Translations under genes and position numbers: made by a program
Notes under the pieces: model-generated
Seen by the model: the letters and a program-made list of their open reading frames with translations, nothing else
Database searches by the model: none
What the model was told of the DNA's origin: nothing
Shown: positions 9,949 to 19,534 of the stretch, piece after piece
Layout of the letters: the number at the start of each line of letters is the position of its first letter
Numbering within the stretch: the first letter of the stretch is position 1
DNA from: an uncultured Pelagibacteraceae bacterium
GTDB taxonomy: Bacteria; Pseudomonadota; Alphaproteobacteria; Pelagibacterales; Pelagibacteraceae
Direction: 5' to 3'
Length of the DNA stretch: 64,000 nucleotides
NCBI GenBank assembly: GCA_902632275.1
Contig: CACPBW010000001.1
Span: 12,111-76,110, forward strand

Positions 9949-10785
9949 ATGAAATTAAATTTAGAAGATATAACATTTATAATAGTAACATATCAGAGTG
10001 AGCATGTAGTCAAATACTGTTTAGACTCACTCCCAAAGGTTTCAAAAAAATTAATTATCGAAAATTCTAATAATATTAATTTATACAATGAGTTAAAAGC
10101 TAAATATGACAATATTGAGGTGATTGTATCAAAAAATATAGGCATGGGTGCAGGAAACAATATTGGTTTAAAATCATGCAAAACAAATTACGCCTATGTT
10201 TTAAATCCAGATACAAAATTTCGAAAAGATACAATATTAAAATTTTTAGAAACTTTGAATGAGGTGCCAGATTTTACTTTAGCTTCACCCTTAAATGATG
10301 ACCCAAAAACTCCTAATTACAAAAAAATTATTGCAAAAATTAATGATAATACGTTGTCTGTTGATAGTATAGATGGGTTCTCAATGTTATTTAATTTAAA
10401 AAAATTTAAAGATCAAAATTTTTTTGATGAGAATTTTTTTCTTTATTTAGAAAATAATGATTTATGCTTAAGAGTAAAACAAAAAAATGAAAATATATTT
10501 GTTGTAACCAACGCTATGATAAACCATAAAGGCAGTATTTCCCTAAGTGAAAATCTTGAATATTTGAGAAATTGGCATTGGATGTGGTCAAAATTTTATT
10601 TCAATAAAAAACATTATGGTTTTTTTGTTGCAATAAAAAATATATTTTTAAATTTTATAAGTGCGTTAATTAAATATTTTTTTTATTTAATTATTTTCAA
10701 AAATAAAAAAAAGAAAATTTACGAAATGAGAATTAAAGGAATAATTAATGCATTAATTGGAAAAAAATCTTGGTTTAGATTATGA
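9949..10785 (+). CDS. Glycosyltransferase family 2 (rhamnosyltransferase-like)
   Basis: IIVTYQS, NIGMGAGNNIG, VLNPD, FDENFFLYLENNDLC. Confidence 0.85.
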   Translation: MKLNLEDITFIIVTYQSEHVVKYCLDSLPKVSKKLIIENSNNINLYNELKAKYDNIEVIVSKNIGMGAGNNIGLKSCKTNYAYVLNPDTKFRKDTILKFLETLNEVPDFTLASPLNDDPKTPNYKKIIAKINDNTLSVDSIDGFSMLFNLKKFKDQNFFDENFFLYLENNDLCLRVKQKNENIFVVTNAMINHKGSISLSENLEYLRNWHWMWSKFYFNKKHYGFFVAIKNIFLNFISALIKYFFYLIIFKNKKKKIYEMRIKGIINALIGKKSWFRL

Positions 10786-10788
10786 TTA

Positions 10789-11688
10789 TTATTTTGTATT
10801 TTCATACAAATAATTAAACAATTTTTCAAAATGAGGTTGAAAGTAAAAATCAAATCCATTTTTTCCCACGGGTTGTACTAAAGGCGTATCTGGACTAGCT
10901 TCCAATAATCTCGGAACCTTTAAAGCTTCAGCTATCGGAAAACATACAGACTGGTTGCCAAGAAAGAATCTAGATGATTTAATAATTTGCGCAATTTCTA
11001 AAAAATCTTTTGGATTATAAAATTCTAAGTTTGGAACTTGTTTTTTAAGGTCGTCATATTCTTCTTTAATACCGACAAAGAGAGGATCATCATAATTTTT
11101 TAGAAATTTATAATTAATATAAATGTTTCTATGTCTAAAGGTTCTTTGTATTACTATCCTTTTTTTTATTTTTTCATGTTCATTTACATCTAAATATTTA
11201 TCATTTAAATCTGCCTGTTCGCCTGCTATGTGAAAATACCAGCGTGGTGAATTAAATGTACTATTCAAAGGAAGTTCTCTAAATAAATCTAAATTTATAT
11301 CAATTTTTTCATTTTCATGTTTTTTTACTTGGTTAAAAAAATTTTGACTTTTAAGCAAAGGTATAAGTAAATTATACATTTTTTCACTTATCAAATAACC
11401 CTCCCCAGTATGCTTGTAGTATTCATATGTAAATTTTTTATTTACTCCCACATAGAAGTTGCATTTATGTGTTAGAGATAATTTTTTAATTAAAGAAAAA
11501 GAATAAATTAAATCTCCAGATGTTCCAGAATGTAGGAAGTTCAATTCTTTTTTTTCTAATACGGATTTATTTATTTGATTTATAATACCCTCATATTTCT
11601 CTTTAAATAAATTTACTTTTAATTGATCTTTAAATTCATTTTTTTTTTTTGATTTAAATAATTTGTAATAAAGTTTTTTAAATATCAT
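10789..11688 (-). CDS. GT-B fold protein, distant GT9/heptosyltransferase-like
   Basis: HSGTSGDLIY N-terminal motif and FLEIAQII..SRFFLGNQS...IAEALKVP C-terminal motif. Confidence 0.55.
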   Translation of the reverse strand: MIFKKLYYKLFKSKKKNEFKDQLKVNLFKEKYEGIINQINKSVLEKKELNFLHSGTSGDLIYSFSLIKKLSLTHKCNFYVGVNKKFTYEYYKHTGEGYLISEKMYNLLIPLLKSQNFFNQVKKHENEKIDINLDLFRELPLNSTFNSPRWYFHIAGEQADLNDKYLDVNEHEKIKKRIVIQRTFRHRNIYINYKFLKNYDDPLFVGIKEEYDDLKKQVPNLEFYNPKDFLEIAQIIKSSRFFLGNQSVCFPIAEALKVPRLLEASPDTPLVQPVGKNGFDFYFQPHFEKLFNYLYENTK

Positions 11689-11690
11689 TA

Positions 11691-12218
11691 TTAATGTCCT
11701 GGAAATTCTATTAAACTTTGAATTTTATGACCAGACTCAACAAGCTTATCGCACCCTCCAAGATCAAAAAGATTTATAACAAAAATGAAACCTGCAACAC
11801 TTCCTTCAGAAATCTCAATTAGTTTAGCCGCAGCTTCTGCTGTTCCACCTGTAGCAATTAAGTCATCAATAATTAATACTTTATCGTTTTTTTTCACAGA
11901 ATCTTTGTGCACTTCAATTGTAGCTTTTCCGTACTCAAGTTCGAAATCAACGGAGTATTTTTCAGCTGGGAGTTTATTTTTTTTTCTTAACATTATAAAA
12001 GGTTTTTCAACTAAATATGATACTGCAGATGCAAAAACAAAACCTCTAGATTCTATTGCTGCAATCTTATCAAAATTAAAATTTTTAGATTTATTAACTA
12101 TCTGATCTATGCAATTTGAAAATGCTTTTTCATCTTTGATTAAAGTAGTTATATCTCGGAACAAAATTCCCTTTTTAGGATAATCAGGTATTGATCTAAT
12201 ATAATCTTTTAAATCCAT
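11691..12218 (-). CDS. apt: Adenine phosphoribosyltransferase
   Basis: IPDYPKKGILFRDIT, IESRGF, LEYG, VLIIDDLIATGGT PRPP motif. Confidence 0.96.
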   Translation of the reverse strand: MDLKDYIRSIPDYPKKGILFRDITTLIKDEKAFSNCIDQIVNKSKNFNFDKIAAIESRGFVFASAVSYLVEKPFIMLRKKNKLPAEKYSVDFELEYGKATIEVHKDSVKKNDKVLIIDDLIATGGTAEAAAKLIEISEGSVAGFIFVINLFDLGGCDKLVESGHKIQSLIEFPGH

Positions 12219-12257
12219 AAAATTTTGATTATAAATAATTAAATCATTTTAAATAAT

Positions 12258-13127
12258 ATGACAAACAAATTAGCTATCATTGGTGGAAGTGGTTTATATG
12301 ATGTTGAGGAATTTAAAGAACGTGATTTGTTGGAGATAAAAACGCCCTGGGGATATCCTTCAGATAAAATATTAAAAACAAAATTTGATGCAAAAGAAGT
12401 TTACTTTTTACCAAGGCATGGGAGAGGTCATTTTATATCACCATCTAATATAAATTTTAGAGCAAACATCGACGCTTTAAAACAATTGGGAGTAACAGAT
12501 ATTGTATCTGTTTCAGCAGTGGGTTCATTAAAAGAGAGTCTACCACCAGGAAAATTTGTAATAATAGACCAATTTATTGATCGTACATTCGCAAGAAATA
12601 AAACTTTTTTTGAGGATGAAATAGTTGCTCACGTTTCAATGGCTCACCCTACGTCAAATGGACTTATGAACGCTTGTGAGGATGCAATTAAAAAATCCCA
12701 TATAGATTATCAGCGAGGAGGAATATATGTTGTTATGGAGGGTCCGCAATTTTCAACTCTAGCAGAATCTAATTTATATAGAAGTTGGAAAGCTGATGTA
12801 ATTGGTATGACAAATATGCCTGAAGCTAAATTAGCTAGAGAAGCTGAAATACGATACGCTTCAGTATCTATGGTTACCGATTATGATTGTTGGCATCCAG
12901 ATCATGAAAATGTTGATGTACAAAAAGTTATAAAGGTTCTTTTAGACAATGCTGTAAAAGCAAAAGACATGATAAAAAATTTAATCAAAAATTTTGAAAA
13001 ACACATAGATAAAAATGATCCAACAAATAATTGCTTAGATGTTGCGATTATAACAGCTCCAGAAAAAAGAACAAAAAAAACCATTAAAAAACTTAAAAAT
13101 ATTGCAGGGAGAGTTTTATTAAAGTGA
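12258..13127 (+). CDS. mtnP: S-methyl-5'-thioadenosine phosphorylase
   Basis: IIGGSGLY, LPRHGRGH, SAVGSL, MEGPQFST.AES, GMTNMPEAKLAREAE, VTDYDCWH. Confidence 0.94.
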   Translation: MTNKLAIIGGSGLYDVEEFKERDLLEIKTPWGYPSDKILKTKFDAKEVYFLPRHGRGHFISPSNINFRANIDALKQLGVTDIVSVSAVGSLKESLPPGKFVIIDQFIDRTFARNKTFFEDEIVAHVSMAHPTSNGLMNACEDAIKKSHIDYQRGGIYVVMEGPQFSTLAESNLYRSWKADVIGMTNMPEAKLAREAEIRYASVSMVTDYDCWHPDHENVDVQKVIKVLLDNAVKAKDMIKNLIKNFEKHIDKNDPTNNCLDVAIITAPEKRTKKTIKKLKNIAGRVLLK

Positions 13128-13579
13128 CAAAAAAAAAAGAACTTAAAGGTAAATGTGGTTGTGGCAATGTAAAGTATCTAATTAAAGACAAACCATTGTT
13201 TACTCAGGCATGCCATTGTAAAGATTGTAAAGTTTCTACAGGATCATCTTTTGTAATTCATACGATGGTAATAGAAGAGGATTTTGAGATTAAAGGGGAT
13301 GTAGCATCTATTGAACTTCCAACAGGAAGTGGAAAAGGAGTAAATGCTTATTTTTGTATTATTTGTGGAGTTTATATTTTTTGCAAATACAATATATCAC
13401 CAGGAAGATTTGCTGTACGTACACAAACTTTAGAAAAATCTATTATACCTCAAGCTCATATTTTCGTGAAAGATAAAGATCCCTGGATAGAAATCTCAAA
13501 CAAATCTATATGTTTTGATAAATTTTATGATAGGGATAAAATTTGGCCCAAAGAAAGTCTCGAGAGAATAAAAAAATGA
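13124..13579 (+). CDS. GFA (glutathione-dependent formaldehyde-activating/CENP-V) family Zn protein
   Basis: GKCGCG, ACHCKDC and FCIICG Zn motifs, PQAHIFV..KDPW; overlaps the mtnP stop (GTGA) and the mtnA start (ATGA). Confidence 0.85.
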   Translation: MTKKKELKGKCGCGNVKYLIKDKPLFTQACHCKDCKVSTGSSFVIHTMVIEEDFEIKGDVASIELPTGSGKGVNAYFCIICGVYIFCKYNISPGRFAVRTQTLEKSIIPQAHIFVKDKDPWIEISNKSICFDKFYDRDKIWPKESLERIKK

Positions 13580-14646
13580 TGATCGAAGGTAAAAATTATA
13601 AGACAATTTGGTTTGAAAATAATTGTGTTAAAATTATTGATCAAACTAAACTTCCACATAAATTTGTTATAAAGGAAATTAAAACTGTAAAAGATACTAT
13701 TAATGCTATTAAAAATATGGAGGTTCGAGGTGCACCATTAATTGGCGCAACTGCTGCCTACGGTTTAGTTCTCTCAATTTTAGAAAATAATGATAATACA
13801 TTTTTAAAAACATCCGCAAAGAAATTAATTGAATCTAGACCTACAGCAATAAATCTTAAATGGGCCATAGATAGAATGATGAATAAGCTATCAGGTATTA
13901 ATAGTGAGAAAATTTTAGATTTAGCAATAAAAGAGGCTAAAAAAATTTGCATGGAGGATGTAAATTTTTGTGAAAGAATTGGGATTAATGGATTAAAACT
14001 AATTAAAGAAATTTTTAATAAAAAAAAAGATACAATCAATATTTTAACTCATTGTAATGCAGGATGGCTTGCAACTATAAATTGGGGTACAGCTACATCG
14101 CCTATATATCACGCCCATAATAGTGGGATACCTGTTCATGTTTGGGTTGATGAAACAAGACCTAGAAATCAAGGAGCGAACCTCACATCATTTGAATTAA
14201 ATGAAGAAAATATACCTAATACAATTATCGCAGATAACACAGGTGGTATTTTAATGCAAAGGGGCAAAGTTGATATTTGTATAGTAGGTACTGACAGAAC
14301 TTTAGCAAATGGTGATGTTTGCAATAAAGTCGGTACTTACCTTAAAGCATTAGCCGCAAATGATAACAATGTACCTTTTTATGTTGCTTTACCTAGTTCA
14401 ACTATTGATTGGAATACTAAGAATTTCAAAGATATACCAATTGAGGAAAGAGCTTCTTCAGAACTTTCACACATAGAAGGGTTAGATGAGAATAATAATA
14501 TAAAAAAAATTTTAATATACCCAAAAAAAAGTAAATCAATGAATCTAGCTTTTGATATAACTCCAGCAAAATATATTACTGGCCTAATTACAGAAAAAGG
14601 AATATGTGAAGCTTCTTTTGAAGGTTTAAAAAAATTATTTAATTAA
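13576..14646 (+). CDS. mtnA: Methylthioribose-1-phosphate isomerase
   Basis: IDQTKLP, MEVRGAPLIG, SRPTAINL, LTHCNAGWLAT, DETRPRNQG, NKVGTY, FDITP; start moved to ATG 13576. Confidence 0.95.
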   Translation: MMIEGKNYKTIWFENNCVKIIDQTKLPHKFVIKEIKTVKDTINAIKNMEVRGAPLIGATAAYGLVLSILENNDNTFLKTSAKKLIESRPTAINLKWAIDRMMNKLSGINSEKILDLAIKEAKKICMEDVNFCERIGINGLKLIKEIFNKKKDTINILTHCNAGWLATINWGTATSPIYHAHNSGIPVHVWVDETRPRNQGANLTSFELNEENIPNTIIADNTGGILMQRGKVDICIVGTDRTLANGDVCNKVGTYLKALAANDNNVPFYVALPSSTIDWNTKNFKDIPIEERASSELSHIEGLDENNNIKKILIYPKKSKSMNLAFDITPAKYITGLITEKGICEASFEGLKKLFN

Positions 14647-14650
14647 AAAT

Positions 14651-15883
14651 ATGAACTTAAAAGAAAAAAAATTTATTGAAAAATTGATTTCTAAATATTC
14701 GAAAAGTGATAAACAAAAATATTTTCTTACTCCTGACTCATTTTCGAATGAAGATATAATTGCTGGGGCCAAAACTCTTCTTAAAAAACAAATTACAATG
14801 TCTGTTTTGACGAAAAAGTTTGAAAAAGAATTTGCAAGATATGTGGGTGCTAAATATGCTTTAATGGTTAACTCTGGTTCCTCAGCAAATTTATTAGCTT
14901 TTTTTGCACTTATAAATCCTATGAAAAACAAAAAACTTAAATATGGAGACGAATGCTTGATACCATCTCTTTGTTGGTCGACATCATTATGGCCAATAGT
15001 TCAATCAGGATTAAAACCAAAGTTTATAGATATAGATAAAAAAACATTGAATATTTCTATTGAACAAATCAAAAAAAAAATAACAAAAAAAACAAAAGTG
15101 ATAATGGCAGTTCATGTTTTAGGAAATTCTACCAATATGGATGAACTTAAAAAAATTACAAAAAATAGGAAAATTTATTTAATTGAGGATACATGTGAGT
15201 CATTAGGATCAAGATATAAAAAAAAATATTTAGGTACTTTTGGTGATTTTGGAACCTATTCTTTCTATTATTCACATCAGATAACATCTGGAGAGGGTGG
15301 TATGATTGTATGCAATGATAAAAAAAATTATGAAATTATACATTCTTTAAGAGCACATGGATGGGATAGGGGGATAAAAAAAAATTCAAACAAAAAATTT
15401 AATTTCATAAACTCTGGCTTTAATTTAAGACCAAGTGAAATATCAGCTGCTATTGGTTGTTCCCAGCTTAAGAGATTAAATAGATTTAAAAAAACTAGAT
15501 CAATAAATAGAATGAAGATAATAAATAAATTAAAGAAATCAAAGAAATGGTCAAACCAATTTACCTTTATAGACTCTATTAAAAATTTAGACCCAAGCTG
15601 GTTTGGATTACCTATTCTGATCAATAAACCATATTTAAAAAAAAAGAAGCGATTTCTTAAATATCTTAATGATAATTTTATTGAAACAAGACCAATTATT
15701 AGTGGAAATTTTTTGAATCAACCATCAATTAAACTTTATAAGTTAAATAGAAATAAAGAAAATTTTCCCCAGTCTCAAGAAATTGAGGATAGAGGTTTTT
15801 TTATAGGTATTCATGTTAATCCTATAAATAAGGAAACTCTAAATAATCTTGAAAAAAAATTATTAAAAATTGATGAAATTTAA
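14651..15883 (+). CDS. DegT-fold PLP enzyme, ColD-like NDP-4-keto-6-deoxyhexose 3-dehydratase
   Basis: NSGSSANL, HVLGN, EDTCESLG; His in the usual Schiff-base Lys position (YSFYYSHQITSGEGG) and RAHGW as in ColD. Confidence 0.75.
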   Translation: MNLKEKKFIEKLISKYSKSDKQKYFLTPDSFSNEDIIAGAKTLLKKQITMSVLTKKFEKEFARYVGAKYALMVNSGSSANLLAFFALINPMKNKKLKYGDECLIPSLCWSTSLWPIVQSGLKPKFIDIDKKTLNISIEQIKKKITKKTKVIMAVHVLGNSTNMDELKKITKNRKIYLIEDTCESLGSRYKKKYLGTFGDFGTYSFYYSHQITSGEGGMIVCNDKKNYEIIHSLRAHGWDRGIKKNSNKKFNFINSGFNLRPSEISAAIGCSQLKRLNRFKKTRSINRMKIINKLKKSKKWSNQFTFIDSIKNLDPSWFGLPILINKPYLKKKKRFLKYLNDNFIETRPIISGNFLNQPSIKLYKLNRNKENFPQSQEIEDRGFFIGIHVNPINKETLNNLEKKLLKIDEI

Positions 15884-16685
15884 TCTAGGTATAACCGGCC
15901 ATACAGGAGTTTTGGGATCAGAATTTATAAAATACAACTTCGCCAAAAAATTTATAAAATTTAAAGGTAATATTACAAAAAAGAGAGAAATAAAAGAATG
16001 GATAAGTAACAAAAAAATAAATTGTTTATTCCATTTTGCTGCTGTTGTTCCCACAAAAATTGTAAAAAACGATCTTGATTATGCAAATAAAGTGAACTTT
16101 TTAGGAACCAAATATCTTGTAGATGAATGCTTAAAATCAAAAAATATAAAGTGGTTTTTTTTTGCATCCACATCTCATGTTTATGGATTTTCTAGTAAAA
16201 AAATAAAAGAAACAAAAAAAACCAAACCAATTTCAAAGTATGGATATACAAAATTAAAGGCTGAAAAATATGTTGTGAAATCATTTACAAGAAAGAAAAT
16301 ACCTTATTGTATTGGTAGAATATTCAGTTTTACCCATAAAAAGCAAAGTGAGGATTTTGTTGTACCATCAATAATGAAAAAAATTGATAAAGAAAATTAT
16401 ACATTTGAAAACGTTAATCATTATCGAGACTTTATTAGCACCAAAGATATTTGTTCAGCTATAAGAATTTTATTTAATAAAAAAGCTCAGGGTATTTATA
16501 ATATAGGTTCGGGAAAAAAGATTTTAATTTCGGACTTAATAAAGATTATTGCTAGAAAAAAAAATAAAAAAATTTTATTAAAAAAAAATAAAAAAAGAAC
16601 TTGTTTATTTGCAGATATAAGTAAAATTAAAAAATTAGAATGGAAACCAAAAAAAAATATAGCAAGTATTATTAATGATTTTTAA
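15873..16685 (+). CDS. Extended SDR, NAD(P)-dependent nucleotide-sugar reductase/epimerase
   Basis: TGHTGVLG, FASTSHVYG, YGYTK (YxxxK), RDFI, YNIGSG. Confidence 0.8.
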   Translation: MKFNLGITGHTGVLGSEFIKYNFAKKFIKFKGNITKKREIKEWISNKKINCLFHFAAVVPTKIVKNDLDYANKVNFLGTKYLVDECLKSKNIKWFFFASTSHVYGFSSKKIKETKKTKPISKYGYTKLKAEKYVVKSFTRKKIPYCIGRIFSFTHKKQSEDFVVPSIMKKIDKENYTFENVNHYRDFISTKDICSAIRILFNKKAQGIYNIGSGKKILISDLIKIIARKKNKKILLKKNKKRTCLFADISKIKKLEWKPKKNIASIINDF

Positions 16686-16893
16686 TCAAATTAAAAAAAA
16701 TAGATATTTAATATTATTTTTAATCATAGCTTTTTTTATGCTTTATATTTCAAGAATTGAGTATGGATCTCATAGTTTAGATAAATCTATGAAAGCATGC
16801 ATTATTGCCCAAAAAAAACTAGATAAGAGTAAAAATATTGATGACATCAAATCTTTTTGTGAAAGAGAAATTAATAAAAAACTTAAAAAATAA
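16675..16893 (+). CDS. Small hypothetical membrane-anchored protein
   Basis: N-terminal TM helix and two Cys; overlaps both neighbours in operon style. Confidence 0.55.
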   Translation: MIFNQIKKNRYLILFLIIAFFMLYISRIEYGSHSLDKSMKACIIAQKKLDKSKNIDDIKSFCEREINKKLKK

Positions 16894-17552
16894 TGTTAGA
16901 AATAAAGAAAGAAGTAATTGAGTATGCAAAAAAACTTAATACTGAAAACCTTTCACCTTTGAGGTCTGGTAATATTTCAATGAGAGGAATTAATGATGGC
17001 GTTGAAGGCTTCTTCATTACACCTTCTGGAGTAAAATACGATGATCTAACTACAGATAGCATTGTTTTTTTAGAGTTAAACGAAAATAATAACATAAAAA
17101 AAATTTCAGATAAGGTTATTAATCCATCTTCTGAATGGCGTTTTCATCAAGATATTTACATAGAAAAAAGGGATGCTCATGCGATAGTTCATGCTCATTC
17201 GGCTAATGCTGCAGCTGTTTCAGCTCATGGCAAGAATATTCCTGCATTTCATTATATGGTCGCTTTAGCTGGCGGTAATAATATAAAGTGTGCAGAATAT
17301 GCAACCTTTGGAACAAAAGAATTATCTCAAAATATTATAAAAGCACTAGATGGAAGAAAAGCATGTCTTATGTCTAATCATGGTCAGGTTGCATTTGGCA
17401 AATCTCTTAGCGAGGCATTTGAACTTGCAGAAGAGATCGAAAATATTTGTCATCAATACATAAATACAATAAAATTAGGGCAACCTAAGATTCTTTCAGA
17501 TGAAGAAATGAAAAGAATTTTAGACAAAACAAAGAATTATAAAAAAAACTAA
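16893..17552 (+). CDS. Class II aldolase (FucA-like), probable 5-methylthioribulose/5-deoxyribulose-1-phosphate aldolase
   Basis: GNISMR, ITPSG, PSSEWRFH, HAHS, PAFHYM, YATFGT, NHG; clustered with mtnP/mtnA. Confidence 0.82.
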   Translation: MLEIKKEVIEYAKKLNTENLSPLRSGNISMRGINDGVEGFFITPSGVKYDDLTTDSIVFLELNENNNIKKISDKVINPSSEWRFHQDIYIEKRDAHAIVHAHSANAAAVSAHGKNIPAFHYMVALAGGNNIKCAEYATFGTKELSQNIIKALDGRKACLMSNHGQVAFGKSLSEAFELAEEIENICHQYINTIKLGQPKILSDEEMKRILDKTKNYKKN

Positions 17553-17564
17553 AACTTTTATATT

Positions 17565-18605
17565 ATGACTAAAGTTGGTGAACATATAACGTTGGATATT
17601 ATAGGTACGATTAAAGAATATGATCCAAAATTCTTTGAAAAACTAGTCTATAAAATTGCAAAAAAAGCTAAAGTGACAGTTTTAGAAATATCAAAGTACA
17701 AATTTGAACCTCAGGGCTTTACTTTAGTAGCACTTTTAGCTGAAAGTCATATAAGTTTTCACACTTTTCCTGAAAAAGGAATTATAAGTTTTGATTTTTT
17801 TACATGCGGAAAAGTTAACCCAATTGTCGCCTTAGATATAATTAAAAAAGATATTAAACATAAAAAAATTGTAAAAAAAGAATTCAATAGAGATAATATT
17901 ATTTACTATGATGATATTTATAGTTCACCAGGACTTAAAAAATATTATTTAGTTAAAGATGTTTTAGAAGACTTCAATTCTAAAGTTGGTCAGCATATAG
18001 AAATTTTAAATCTAGAGCAGTTTGGAAAATCCTTATTTATTGATAACGAACTTCAAGTTGCCGAAAGTGATGAATATTTGTATAGCTCAACTTTTGTTAA
18101 TTCTGGTATTAAATTAAATCCAAACAAAGAAAAATCTGCAATCATTGGTGGTGGAGATGGTGGTGTTGCAAGAGAATGTATATCACAAGGATTTAACTAT
18201 ATAGATTGGTTTGAACTCGATCCAGAAGTGGTCGAAGTTTGTGAAAAACATTTATCCAAAATTGGTAAAAAAGCTACAACAAAAAATTCAGTTAAGTGTG
18301 TTTGGGGTGATGCTTTTGAAAGTATTAAAAAAATTGAGGATAGAAAATACGATAAAATATTTGTAGATCTTAACGACGACCAATATTGTATTGATCTTGC
18401 AGCAAAAAATATAAATTCGCTCAAAAGAATTTTGAAGCCAAACGGTACAATAACAGCACAAGTTGGAAGTCAGGATAAAAAACCAAAGCAGGTAAAAAAA
18501 TGGCTTAATTTGTTTGAAAAGAGCTTTGGCAATACATCTTTAGATAGAATTTATATACCCAGCTTTGATTGTTCTTGGAATTTTGCATCTGCATTAAATA
18601 AATAA
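17565..18605 (+). CDS. Fused S-adenosylmethionine decarboxylase (SpeD) / spermidine synthase (SpeE)
   Basis: N-terminal FEPQG...LAESHISFHTFPE...DFFTCG pyruvoyl AdoMetDC; C-terminal QHIEI..FGKSLFID, IIGGGDGGVARE, ELDPEVV aminopropyltransferase. Confidence 0.92.
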   Translation: MTKVGEHITLDIIGTIKEYDPKFFEKLVYKIAKKAKVTVLEISKYKFEPQGFTLVALLAESHISFHTFPEKGIISFDFFTCGKVNPIVALDIIKKDIKHKKIVKKEFNRDNIIYYDDIYSSPGLKKYYLVKDVLEDFNSKVGQHIEILNLEQFGKSLFIDNELQVAESDEYLYSSTFVNSGIKLNPNKEKSAIIGGGDGGVARECISQGFNYIDWFELDPEVVEVCEKHLSKIGKKATTKNSVKCVWGDAFESIKKIEDRKYDKIFVDLNDDQYCIDLAAKNINSLKRILKPNGTITAQVGSQDKKPKQVKKWLNLFEKSFGNTSLDRIYIPSFDCSWNFASALNK

Positions 18606-18662
18606 TTTCTTTTTAAATCATTTAATTTGTGAAATACTTAATAAAAAAATATTGGAGGCGAA

Positions 18663-19490
18663 ATGAATATTATTAAAAAATTTAGCTTAGGAGTTTTGAT
18701 TACTTTGTTTTTATCATTTTCTGCTAACGCTGATAAAATTAAAATAGGAACAGAGGGGGCATACCCACCTTGGAATTCAAAAGATGCTTCGGGCAAATTA
18801 ATTGGATTTGAAGTTGAGCTTGCTTGGACACTTTGTAGATATATAGGTCAACAATGTGAGATAGTTGAGCAAGATTGGGATGGAATGATACCAGCTCTTA
18901 TTATGAGAAAATTTGATGCAATAATGGCAGGAATGTCCATTACTGCTGAAAGACAAAAAGCAATTAGTTTTTCTCAAGGCTATGCAGATGAAGTTGCTTC
19001 ATTGGCAGTTATGAAAGGATCAGACTTAGAAGGTATAGACACACCCGCAGGAATTAATTTAACCAAACCTAATGCTGCTGCGAAAAAAGCACTTAAAACG
19101 CTTACAACTGCATTATCGGGTAAAACTGTTTGTGTGCAAACTGCAACAATTCACCAAAACTTTTTAGATTCAGGCGATGTTGGAAAAGTAAACGTTAGAA
19201 CATACAAAACTCAAGACGAAGTAAACTTAGATTTAGCATCAGGAAGATGTGATGCTGCATTAGCTGCAGCTGTAGCTTTTAGTGATTATGCAGAAAAATC
19301 AGGTAAACCGGTTGTGTTAGTTGGACCAACATTTTCAGGTGGAGCATTTGGTAATGGTGTAGGTGTCGGTATAAGAAAAGACGATACAGAGTTACTCAAT
19401 GCATTTAATAAAGCAATCGATAAAGCAAGAAAAAATGGCGACATTAGTAGAATTGCTACTAAATGGTTCGGCTTTGATGCATCTATGTAA
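18663..19490 (+). CDS. ABC transporter substrate-binding protein, basic amino acid/opine family
   Basis: Signal peptide, GTEGAYPPWN, QDWDGMIPAL..KFDAIMAGMSITAERQK, GVGIRK; GGAGG SD. Confidence 0.9.
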   Translation: MNIIKKFSLGVLITLFLSFSANADKIKIGTEGAYPPWNSKDASGKLIGFEVELAWTLCRYIGQQCEIVEQDWDGMIPALIMRKFDAIMAGMSITAERQKAISFSQGYADEVASLAVMKGSDLEGIDTPAGINLTKPNAAAKKALKTLTTALSGKTVCVQTATIHQNFLDSGDVGKVNVRTYKTQDEVNLDLASGRCDAALAAAVAFSDYAEKSGKPVVLVGPTFSGGAFGNGVGVGIRKDDTELLNAFNKAIDKARKNGDISRIATKWFGFDASM

Positions 19491-19503
19491 ATATTTTTAG
19501 ATT

Positions 19504-19534
19504 TGGCGGCTATAATATATAGTCGCCAGTCTTT
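19504..19534 (+). terminator. Intergenic stem-loop after the SBP gene (partial terminator or mRNA stabiliser)
   Basis: TGGCGGCTATA-ata-TATAGTCGCCA, an 11-bp stem with one G:U, then GTCTTT and the permease ATG. Confidence 0.6.
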
